DNA of 64,000 nt, taken from the NCBI GenBank assembly GCA_030141605.1, contig JAQGDQ010000128.1, forward strand, positions 62,001 through 126,000. The letters are read 5' to 3'. The notes below the pieces were generated by a model. It had not been told where the DNA came from. It saw only the letters and a list, made by a program, of their open reading frames with translations, and searched no databases. A program made the translations under genes and the position numbers. Every line of letters starts with the position of its first letter. The stretch's first letter is position 1. This DNA comes from Tubiluchus corallicola. Its lineage: Eukaryota > Animalia > Priapulida. This document shows, in pieces, positions 13,441 to 25,800 of this stretch.

Positions 13441-15904
13441 TTTGTATAACGACAGAAGAGATATCTACGTGCTGGCGATATCATCAAGAGCTTGTTACGT
13501 CTCAGTTTTTCCACTTAGACATCCTACAGTTTTCCACTTTTATGTTACATTATTTTATTTTACCAAAACGTTACTTCATTTACTTCAGAACATTTTAATC
13601 GTTCTAAGTAATCTTTTAATAACAACTATAAGTCCAGTTAAACCTAACTGGCCAGATTCAATATTGTCATTCTCTTTAAAAATGTATCGCTGCTCTAACC
13701 TGAACAAAATAAGTGCGTTCACGAACTTTATGCTGCGGAAACCAGCAACGAAAAACAACCTTTGGCCTTAAAAAGCTAAACGAGCCAGAAGTCAAGACGA
13801 AAGATACCAGCAGATAATCTACTTTGCCCACCAATGCCAACACCGCAAGCAGGTGCAAAATACGAAGGTCTTCATATATATTAACAATGACTAGCCGTAT
13901 GCATTTAACATTAAGACATTACAGATGATTTACAAGTAACAAATTGAGAGAAAACTCGATAGATACAAACACGCCGAAGGAATTACATCGCCTAAACTAT
14001 AGTTTAATGCCAGAAGCAAGCCCAAACAAATAAAACTTTATTTGACAACCAGAAAACAAGAAACAAATAGGCAGTGATTCTACAACCTTGCTGTCGTTGA
14101 CGATGATAAAGAAGGAAAACCAAGGTTTGTTGACTACTGCAACCAGCGAAGGATTATTCAAGTGATAATTTTTCGAAATCCCGAAATTACACAGTTACAG
14201 TTACAATTACCAAATTAGGTATATGTATGCAATTGAATCCGGTAAAACTGGTATATTCTAAAATCTATTAAGTCAGACTGGGCATCGTTTTGTATCTTGT
14301 CACACCTAATAAACACATGACAACAGAAAATACAGACTGAAACGCCGGCTAATATACTAGTTTTCCTTACAACAGCATGTTGTTTGTAGTTTCCGTTGTC
14401 GGATATTATAAGTTCTTTATCTGAATGTCATGTGCTTATTTCAAAATTTTGTACTGTAATGGAAGTAAGGGAACATTATTCCCTTTTAGTTTTTACGTTA
14501 TCCAGACTATAAATTTAGTAATTGCTTTTAAGGCTTTTAGATCTGGAGCCCAGAGAGGTTTAAAGCAACATTCGAGCGCAAAAGGCTTGAATAGTTAAAC
14601 AGAATGCACAAAGGCCAAGTTTCAAAAATATGTTTGTCTTGTGTAGTGCAATCAGCACTAGAAAGCAGTCACGTAGGTGAAACCAAAAAATAACAATTTT
14701 ATGCAAAATGTGAGCACAAATGTGAGCAATTTGTGGCAGCGTGTAGAGCATGGCTAGTAGTCCTTGGATTTATGCTCAATACAAAAAAATACCAGTCGTA
14801 AGTTGACACAAACCAAACTTGACCGTTGCCACTACTTCACCTAAATTAGAGCACAGGGAAAAATTTTGTGGGAGCTTGTGGTATTTATTGCCTAGTACAT
14901 GCTAAATTTATACTCAAGACAAAAGAAATTGTTCTCATAAATAACCTTAAGACAAGATTCAATGTAAAAAATTATGCTATGCGTTGGTTTAGTAGTTTTG
15001 CATTTGTTGACAATAGCAAATGTATAAAAACAGAGAAAAACTTAAAGTTATAAAAATGTATGTGTGATAAATAAAAACTCGAACATATATAGTTAGATCA
15101 CTTGAATACATTTAGTGTACAAAAAGTAAGGCTACTGCGTGTTAAAGTTGACAGCAGGCAGTATATTCTATGCTTTTTACAACATGCCGTCTGAAGTACT
15201 ATGCAAAAGTATATACTGTTTGAAGCTTGTTGAAGAATTCCTGAAAGCATTGATACAACGATACAAAAACTAGAAACAAGAGATACGTTGACGAATCTTC
15301 TTTGGATGAGTGAGTACTGGAAACAGAAAACATATAAATATTTCTAATGTTGCAAGTTCTTTAGGCAATATTTCTTCAGTGCTTCTCGGCTTCGGTCTAG
15401 AATTTCATGGATTGTGATTGGCACTACGTCCTTGCCAACGAGAAATGTCTATCGAGCTTTGTATATTGAGGATTTTACTTGTAACACTGTAACATGCAAG
15501 ACAGTGCTGATGTTGAAACTCTGATTCTTTCTTCGGGGAATTTTGATGGTAACTGGCATTAAATGGATTTATTCATTAATTTTCTTAAAACAGTCTCATT
15601 TTCATAATTTACTAAAATGATTGGTTATCTTCCTAGTTCAGTTAATTCTGCTAGGATACTAATTTAGTTTGCACTTTTTTATTACTAGGATGATAATCTT
15701 ATTGCAGCATACATGCAGCTTACTTCAACTTTTACACACGACAGACGTGGTTTTTGTAGGCTTAAATGTATTTAAGTGTTCTGAGTTTTTATGACAAGAT
15801 TTTTATAACGTTAAGTCTTTTTCTGTTTTTATACATGTACTCTTGTCAGTAAAACATAATTAATAAAACAACGAATAATATAATTACTAGCCAAACCACG
15901 CAAA

Positions 15905-16230
15905 AATTTTGTGCATACACCCACAATGACAACCTACACCACAGCCACCACACTACATGACCAGCACCACAACACTCATACCACACAACCCACACCATAC
16001 CATCCACATTACGCATACCATACCATACCATCCACATCACCCATACCATACCATACACACTACGCTACACCACGCTATGCCCACCACAGTGACTACAACA
16101 TGCTGTACAAACCACACTACACCATATCACACCAGCCCACCCACACCGTGTCATTCCACCTTGTCACACGATGTCATGCTGCAGCCACCACTGATGACGA
16201 TGATGACTGCGAATACGATGACAGCCACAC
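15905..16230. repeat. CAC/CCATA-rich low-complexity repeat followed by GAT/GAC repeats
   Basis: Visible degenerate ccata/cacac units; they generate spurious His/Thr/Pro ORFs in several frames. Confidence 0.85.
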
Positions 16231-16808
16231 TAGCGGCAATGTTCCATGACAAAAACAGCAGGCTAGTGAAACCATGCAAAAACAATTTGCACAAATATGT
16301 ACAATGAAAAACGCTATTAGACCATCTACCGATGATCGATAATGCACGAACATTCTGCAGTATCTGTAGGCAGAATACAGTGGGTGACATCGCTAACTAG
16401 CGAAAAAAATCTCAAAGAAGAACTTGGAATTATCCCATTCTTTTGGGCTATGGCAAAAGGGCCTAGAAAGAAACCCACATCATTCACCTACGTGACTTTG
16501 GACTTCTGGTGACTGGTTACACAACATATGACATACATATTTTTGAAATTTGGTCTTTGTACATTCTGTTTAACTACTCAAAGCTTTTGTGCTCGAATTT
16601 TACATTAAACCTCTCTGGGCCCCCGGTCTCGTTTTATACACAAATAAAATGTTCAGCTGTAGTTATCAAAATAATTTCATTAGCAACTACTCCAGCTTGT
16701 CTGTATTCTGCAATTATATTTCTAATCGTTTATCATCAAGTCGTAGCAAAAATTCAATAACAAAAATTTACTTTTTAGGCTGCAGAGGTCAGAATCAGCT
16801 TCGCAAGT

Positions 16809-19800
16809 ATGGCTGCGTCCATCATGTCAAGAACAAATGTTCGCAGTTTTCGAACTTGCATCTGCAGATTGGTATAAAAGTTTATATCAATATGTTTAAT
16901 TCGAATATCATGTAAAGCTCTACTGTAACTGTGAATATTATATATATGTCACGGCAATGTGTGAAATTTAGACATTTGCATAAAGTTTTACAGATGAATA
17001 ATATCAAGCTGATACTGTGATAGGATAATAATACAAAGAGGATACATCAAAAAACCACAAATTCCAACAAACTTTAAGGCTAACATCATAATATCAATAT
17101 ATACATTACTAACAACCATTACATAACATTATCGTCTCCTGTTCAGCACTTTAAAGATTGGGCACATAGCAGAAATACTTGCATAGCTGCCACCACAGTT
17201 AACACATGGCGGTGCATTCTGACAAACCTGGATATCACAGTCATTTAGACCACAATTGGAACAGTAATGCTTACATGAGCACGTCTTCGAAATGTGACTA
17301 TAACATGAGCAGTTGTAGCATCTAGTTACTGGAGACTTCCTTGATGATGCAATTTGGCAGTCTTGCTTGAGACCTGGAATGCAAATGAATTTCTGTTCCA
17401 AACCTTTATCAATTTCAGAGTGAGTGCAACATACTCTCAAAACAGGTATAGGTTTCCTGGAATCAAAATACCAAAGTCTCTCCACTGTTTCTATTTGGCA
17501 GGCCAAAAGACTGTAATGCATCAATATCAAATTGACTGTACATCTCCTGGCACATCCTTAGTAATTATAACAACCAAAGAACTACCAAACAGTTGAGATC
17601 TTGAGACCAGTGAGTGATGATGCAAGAAGCAGACTCACCCTCATGAGCATAAATGGCACTATCTCCACCAGCTAGGTTATATGCCAGTTCACATTTCGGT
17701 GAGACATGAGGAAACTTCTTCAATTCTTATATCATAGCAGCTCTGTTTTTAAAAGTAGAAGGGTTCTCTACTTGATCAGCAACTACAATTCTGTCTAAAC
17801 TACAAACACAAATGTTCTTATATGAGCTGTTAGCATTACTAGAAAGAAATTAATTGCTTTTGCCACCAGTATAACTACTGCTACCACTATCACTCGATCT
17901 AGTAAAAGAAATATCTGCTTTGCAGCTAGTATTTTCAGAAAGGACTGAAATCAAATGGTCAAATTTATTTTTGCAAGACTGAATGATGTCAATTGAATCC
18001 TGTGAATTCAACTCCTTGTGAGACTAATTTCTACCAAGAACAGAAAAAGCATGGAAAAATCAATCTTGTATTTTTCGTACTTGGATAAATCCTTGTAAGA
18101 AATAATAACACATTCATTATTTTTTTCCTTTGGAAGTAGTTAAACTGCAGAAAACCTCAACAAAATTGCATTGCCACAAAGAGAAACATCCTTCTTTCTG
18201 GACTTGGGTATAACCCTTTGTCTGGTGTTTTACCGCTGTCTGTACTAGATGCAATGCTGTCCATTTTGCCAAACAATTAAATAGGACAAAACCATTATGT
18301 CTCTTTCTAAGGTCCCACATATCACAAAATCCACTGGGCAACCAGGCAAGTAAGATGGATCACTCTGCACGTGAAGGTGCCATTTTTAGTTGAAAATAAC
18401 GGCAGAAATTGGTAAACGGTTTCTGGAATGTCCAGCATGTTGAATTACATAAATTTCCCAGCAGCAGAAATATACCTTACCTTAGACCTTAGTCCTTCCT
18501 GCGCATTGATGCACATTGGGCAGACAGCAATTTCCACTGAGTTCTATCGGCGGCTTCGTTCTCTACGTTTTCCCAACGTATGTTGACAGCTCGAAGGTCT
18601 TCTTTGAAGGATCTGCGCCACGTTGTTTTTGGCCGACCTCTTTTTCGTTTCCCACCAGGTGGTTCCCACTGTACTGCTGTTTTGGCGTAACGACTTTCTG
18701 ATAGACGGAGAATATGTCCAGCCAGTTTCATTCTTCTCTCTGTAACTATATCTTGTAACCGCAATGACTGCGCTCGTTGAAGAACTTCTACATTGGTGAC
18801 ATGGTCGCGGTAGGAGATTTTTAGTATCTTTCGAAGGCATTTTTGGTGGAAGACGTTCAGTTTCTTTGATAACTCCGCTGTGACTTTCCAGGTTTCGCTG
18901 GCATAGAGAGCCGTTGGCAGCACAATGGCGTTGTACAGACGAAGTTTGATTTTCATGTCAATTTTCTTGCTTGTCCAGATTTTTCCCATCTTCCTAAATA
19001 CTGCTGTTGCTTTGCCGATTCTCCCCCTGATGTCATTTTCTGTACCTCCATTACAGGTCATCACACTGCCCAGATATGAAAAACTGGTAACGTTCTTAAC
19101 CATTTGGCCTCCCACTGTTATATGTACAGCATTCTGTTGGTTTGTCCACACTTTCAAAACTTTGGTCTTTTCTTGACTAATTCTCAATCCAATTTTTCCC
19201 GCTACTTCTTCCATACTTGTGGTCAGTTGTAATATACATAACTGAAAACTCGAAAACCAGTCACATGACTTAATTGCATGGAAATGTTCACCTATTTCAC
19301 AAGACTGCAATTTCTACATCGAAACCACGCAGCATAAACAACCTCATTTTCATCTTGCCACAGCCCTGTATCACTCCTCTCCTCTTTTTGGGTGACAACA
19401 AATAAATAACATAGTAGTTGATTTTAATATAATTATGGGTTGCACAATAGATGTACGGTAAGTGTATCACAAAGTATGTCAACAGTTCACTTCCTAGCAC
19501 ATTTCCTCCTTGTACAGGTGCTGTATGATTATCCAAACACTTACATATGTTGCAGGGAAAGTGTGAAACAGGGTATTCTATAAAATGACTAGGCATTTTG
19601 TTTAATGATTACATAAGTTTTCAAGACAAACCAGTTCTAAGAAGCCCAAACTATCCAGAAATGTAACAGTCTGTATTATACAAATTTTAGAACGTTAGGC
19701 TCAGGATCATACTGTATTAATGCTTTTTGTTTCACACATACTGATTTTGTCTCTTCGTTATTATGTAGAGCCTACTGTAAATACAGAGTTCTGTTTTATG

Positions 19801-22800
19801 TTCACTAAATAATTTCTAATTTTTGAAGCCATGTATTTTAGTGCATGTACAGCGACTAAGCGAGACAGCCGCAAGGCAACAAGCCAAGAAAGTTATAATT
19901 GTTAAGCTAGAGCCAGGGGGTAATTTCCTATTTTACGTAAAAACTAGCATCAAATTTTGTAAGGGAGTACATAAAACTTGTATGAAATTGGTTAATAAGC
20001 ATAATCTTGACTTGCATAGACTTGCATAATCGAGACTCCTGAATTGCCTTCTCGTGGTGCATCATAGTAATTGGGCACCATGATGTCTCAGATTAAACTA
20101 TGTAATCTCGATGTGAGTCTAGATGTGGTCTCGATGGTTTCCTAGGAAATTTACACTGTTTGATGTTGATGGATGATACAATCTTATTGTCAACATCTAG
20201 AGAAGGTATTATTCAAAAACTCAGTATCCTTATTGAGTTCTGTGATCAATCCGGTATGAAGGTGAACTTAAAAAAGACTAAATTTATGGTTATTAATGGC
20301 GATGCTGTTGGTCGTCTGGACCTCGTAGTGAACCCCCTTACTGTTAATCACTGTGACTATTACGTTTACCTCGGTGCTGTCTTTAGCTCAACAGGAAAAT
20401 TTAAACCCGCTCTGGAAAAACACTGCGAAGACAAATATTGTCACGTACTGAAGTTCGTGTCATTTATTTCTAAGAATTCAGCTTATCCTTTTGCAGTTAA
20501 GAAGTTAGTTTTAAATGCCGCGCTACTTGCTGCAATTACTTACGGATGTGAGTCTTGGCTATGCAATGTCCTTAATCCTATTCAAGGGATGTATATTAGT
20601 GTTATTAAATGTTTACTCGGTGTGCGACGTACAACTGCTAATGATTTGTGTCTCATAGAGTTGGGCCTTCCCTCCCTGAATGGTTTTGTGAAGGACACCC
20701 AATCTCGCTTTTTCAATAAGATTGTTCGCTCAAGAGTGAATATTCCTGATGATCCGTTTATGATTGTTTACAACTTGTGTCGCGAGTCAAACACCCCATG
20801 TGCTCGATATTTGCGTAATATAACTGGATACCGTGGTGATTTTATCGATGATGACCTGAATAGAATCAAAGATAGGATCCGCGCTTCTGACCGTACGAAA
20901 TTTGTCACATACTTACAACTAAACCCTGAACTCTCTATCCATCGAATTTACTGTGACAATGTTAATGAACTGAAACGGATAAAAACGTCAAGGCTCAGAC
21001 TTTCCTCACACAACCTTGCCATAGAAACCGGTCGTTGGTCCCGTATTGAAAGAGAGCGAAGACTCTGTTCATGTGGACAAATCCAAACAGAACTGCACGT
21101 AATATGTGAATGCCCTGAAACACGTATCTTAAGAAACAATTCCGATTTAATATTTGATGATTTAGTGACTTTTTTCAGCGGAAATCCCGCTGATATTTGT
21201 AATTTTGTACACGATGCTCTAGCCATTTTTGGTCTCTAATTGTTACTGCACGATACATTGAGTGATCTATGGACTATGATCAGCCTAAATTTCTTAAATG
21301 TTGCAACTATCTCGAAACGATTCTTATGATTTTTTGTATATATCTTTGACCATGGTCAATAAATAAATAATAATAATAAATAGGGCATCTCTGAACAGTA
21401 TGAAGCCCATGAGGTGCAGTGTTTATTACCCTCAAGTGTGTGGATATGCTCTGTCTATTACCAAACCATAACCCAGCTATGTGTAAATATTAGCCAATAA
21501 CTGTGACCTAACACGCATTTTTATTGCAGGCTCTTTCTAAAATAATGATGGTGGGTAATGACTGCCTTTCGTGTAAATATAGATTAATGCCTCCACAGGG
21601 TTATCAGGCAACTTCACGATTATCTACTGCGACACAACATAGACATTTTCACGTTTCGCTAGGTTTGTATACTATGAGTTCATTTATATCAATAAACCTA
21701 CGTGAAATAACTGATTTGTAATACAATTTAAATTCCAGCTAGTTACTTGCTAGTTACATGGCATACATTGTTTGATTTCCAGAAATTTTCATAGAAAAGT
21801 CATGTTAGTTTACATTAAGTAGATATTCTTAGTGTTGGCAAACCCTGTTTTAGGTTGCACAAGTTGCTTCTTCATCTGTTTCCTGTTATAAATTTATGAT
21901 TTACTTTGACATTCAATGTAGTAAGTCAGTATTTAGTGGAATAAAGAAATCCGTTGATGCTTCATTGAACATTTCTATGATTTTGATGATCTACATTACA
22001 ATTATCCATTGTGCTTAACTTGAACATCTTATGAACTAACTGTAGGTCTGTGCAGTTTGTGCAAGTAATCATAAAGACAAGTTGAAACGCTTTTAGCTCT
22101 GCCTCATAATAGTTGGCTCTCAGACAGTTACTCTTACATTGCTCTTATTTCAGATGATTTTGCCTTAGCTATAGCAGCCATACATAATTAGACAACTTGG
22201 TTTATGCCTATAAAGGGGAAGTTCGCGGCTTGTTTATGCTTCTTTTACCAACCCATGTTTGTTAGTTTGTTATTACTGTTTGTTAAAATATTCCGTAAAG
22301 TAAATGTGAAACACAAAAATGCAGTTAGTAAACAAAAGAGCTGAATATTACTTTACAGTAGTTGTTTTTGGAAACATTTACAAATTAGCAAAAGGGATAT
22401 AACATCTACCGTGTCAAGAAGATATTCTTATGTTAACATTATAACCTGCCGGAAATTTGCTTACATTTGCAGCAGCACCATAGCAGTGTTACTCTAAAAG
22501 CAGCTGTTGAACATAGTGTCATGAACTTAGCAGATATTTGTTAATACTACAGTAGCTATTAGTACCTGTCTGTCACTTCAGTGTGCAGTTTAATTGTTTC
22601 TCTAATGCACTACCTGCATATAAAATTCTTAGTCACCTTAGTTATTGACTTGCCGCACTGTAAAATATTGGCTTCTGCCATCATAACTATAAGAACGGGT
22701 GTAAATGCTGAGCAATCTGAAGCCATCACTACCTGCTTTTGCTGCTTTCTGCATCCCAGTGGGCATAATTATAATCCTACGTGTTAAGCATGCTTCTAGG

Positions 22801-25800
22801 CGTAGAATACACTGGTGCTTAGAAGTCAACTCTAAGTATTAAATCTGCTTCAAAATCCGAAGAAGCACCTATATTAATCTGAATTCAGGGTTTCATTTTT
22901 GTAATGCTGAAACATCATGATTTACTTACTTGTAACGTTGATTTTGAAGTTTGAAGATTTTGAATTGATTACTTCAAACTATAAACTTGTAAACTTTGCT
23001 AGTTTATTTAATTCAACATTACTGCTTCATTTCAAGCACTTTACATGTTTTTTTGCTTATAGGAAAATATGGCCAAATTGTCTCTTTCAAACTGGCTGAT
23101 ATTGGAGAAGGTATTAAAGAAGTCAGTGTAAAAGAATGGTACCTACAATTTTTAATTTAAAGTGAATTATATTCTATTACTAAAAAACTTCTATTGCATT
23201 ATTTATATAATAATATCATGTAGACCTCCAAAGACTGATAAAGCAGTTAATACTGATATTATTGCTGCTGCATATTGATCTTATCTATGTAAAAGATGTA
23301 CGTGCTTGGAAAACCCTATTTTCTTTTTTATTTGGAAATAGTTTTGCTTGCATAATTATGTTATTGTTCTCATTATGCTGTGTGATCACAACATGAACTA
23401 TAAGAGTTTACAGAGAAATTTTCTTTAAATCGCATATTTTTGACTTTCAAAATTCTTCTAATGCCTCTGATTTTCCAAAGTTCAGTAATAAAGGGTTAAC
23501 TGGGTCATTCTCCAAAAAACTCAACTTTTTTTAAATGAAAAGACACTTTATTTTGTTGTCGTTTTTGTTTTATAGTGAAACATACAATTTGAAGATTTGG
23601 CACATCAAGTGATGACTGTATTGGATGTAATAAAACTGTGCTGCAGCCTCCAGTGCAGTATTAGGTTATTCAAATTTACATGTCACACACAGTTGTATCA
23701 GTGGCGTTACTCTGGAATTTTTGCTCCGTAAAAAGGCCTGTGCCAAAAATTGTTTTTATTTCTCATCACAGTCGTAATGATAGCACCATTTGTTGTAGAC
23801 AGAAGGAGGAACAACAGAATTGGAAAGCAGATATTTTAAGTCGGATTATACAATTAAAATTGCAATATGCAGTATGTTTTTAATTATTTTTGTTACACAT
23901 TGTGTACTATTCCAGTTTGTTGCATAAATATTTATTTAGTCTGCTACAAATAAATTTGCAGGTTGTTACTAAAATATATGTTTCTTGGAGAATGACCCAG
24001 CTAGTTAACCATGTATTATTAACACGTGAGTTTCCAGATATATGTTGTGTTAAAACTAGCACTTTAATGTGGAATATTTTAAAAAGTTTTTCGGCATACA
24101 AATATGTCTTCCCCGTATGGCTCTGATATGTACGTTTTTAAAAGGTTTGACAAACAGCTAGATTTGAGACTGGTTATCTGGTTAATAAAAATTTGTGTTA
24201 TAATGTTTTACATGCTATTTGTGACAATATTTTCATTGTCCATTGTGTCTTTTTACCAGTGTTTTCATTTATAGTGTTATTTATTAAGGTAACCTGTAGT
24301 AACTCTGAAAAACCGACAGTGGCTTGCATGCAACAAAAAAAAAGAAACTAGAGTTAATCTAATAACTCTAAAATAATTGATGTTATGGAGGTATATAAGC
24401 AATGTTACTTGCCTTTAAAAGAATTAAAAGGTGGCTTCATTCGATTGCAGGTATGTAAATGTAGGAGATAAAGTGGCGCAGTTTGACAGCATCTGTGAAG
24501 TTCAAAGCGATAAGGCATCAGTGACAATCACCAGTCGTTATGACGGCACTATCAGGAAGCTATACCATGAAGTTGATGATGTAGCTTTAGTGGGAAAACC
24601 TCTAGTAGACATCGAATTGGAGGAGGGTGCCGAAAAATGTCAGTAAAAGTTTTTTAATTTTTGCTCTCTCTGTATCTTTTCCTGCTTTTCCATATTTATT
24701 GCTTAGTGTGCATACTCAAGACAGCATGTTTCCTGAACTTTGAGTTAGCATTATGTTTTAATAGAAGTACATAACAGTTAAAGAATTTTTTTCTATTATC
24801 CTTCTTTTCTGCAAACATTTTGTCTCATCCTCCACTTGCATATAGTTTTTTTCACACAATAATAATTACCAGTGATTCAAAAATGGTTTTTCTTTTACTA
24901 ACATTAGTCATATATAAGCCAAAAGATATATAAGCAACAAGCCTACAATTTTGTAGAGTAATTTCATTAAACTAAATATGATCACAATAGTTTGTGAGAA
25001 CAAAATGTATGATCCTTAAGCTTAAAAATGTTTGCTGCATTATTCTTCAAAATTTTAGTTTGCTATTTAACAAAAATGTATCAATATCTAGCATTTGCGC
25101 AATGCTAATGCCCGAGTTGGCGAACACAGATTATTCAATCTAGCAATGTTGATTTTATAGCTTTGCATTTTGTGTTATCATTTTATACTTTTCATACAGC
25201 TGGAGATGAACAAGTTGATTCCATGGATGATGCAGGGCTTACATCAGAGGAGCAAATAAAACAAGGTGAAGTGAAAAGTAAAGTCCAAGCAACTCCAGCA
25301 GTCAGACGGCTGGCAATGGAAAATAACGTAAGTGAAAGTAGGATCACAATATACTAGGGGCATGTTAGCACACGTGTTTCGCCAAATGTATGTGCATTCA
25401 GATGTTTACGTCAACTAAATTTTAAATTTAAGAGTCCTGGCATGCATTTTGTTAAGTGCATGATACGAATTAAATAATTTCCGAAGAATTCGCATACTCA
25501 CAAATTACCAACAATTTGTCACTGCATTTAGAACTCAAGAGTAATGTTCAGTACAACACTTCGGACCGATAACTTAAACTGCTAGTTCCAGTTAAGTAAT
25601 TCCACTGACACTGACCTATTTTGTTACTTTTACCAACTAACTACTCTGTTCGTGCCTATTCTCAGAGGTCAAGGAGTAATATCAGTTATGTTCTGTATCA
25701 TTTGTAGGTGTAGCACATACTCAGCAACTTGCAACTTACAGTCATATAAGTTCATTTCTTGAAATTTTTTTAATTACTGATTGCTTGATTTTGGCTGTGC

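Noticed and set aside
15846-16307. His/Thr/Pro-rich ORFs as a metal-binding protein
   Set aside because: Open in several frames and on both strands because of a CAC/CCATA simple repeat; no start or splice support.
22154-22260. Acceptor ttatttcag|ATG as DBT exon 2
   Set aside because: Stop codon after four codons in the required phase; 21530-21662 fits both phases and carries the presequence cleavage-like RHFHVS.
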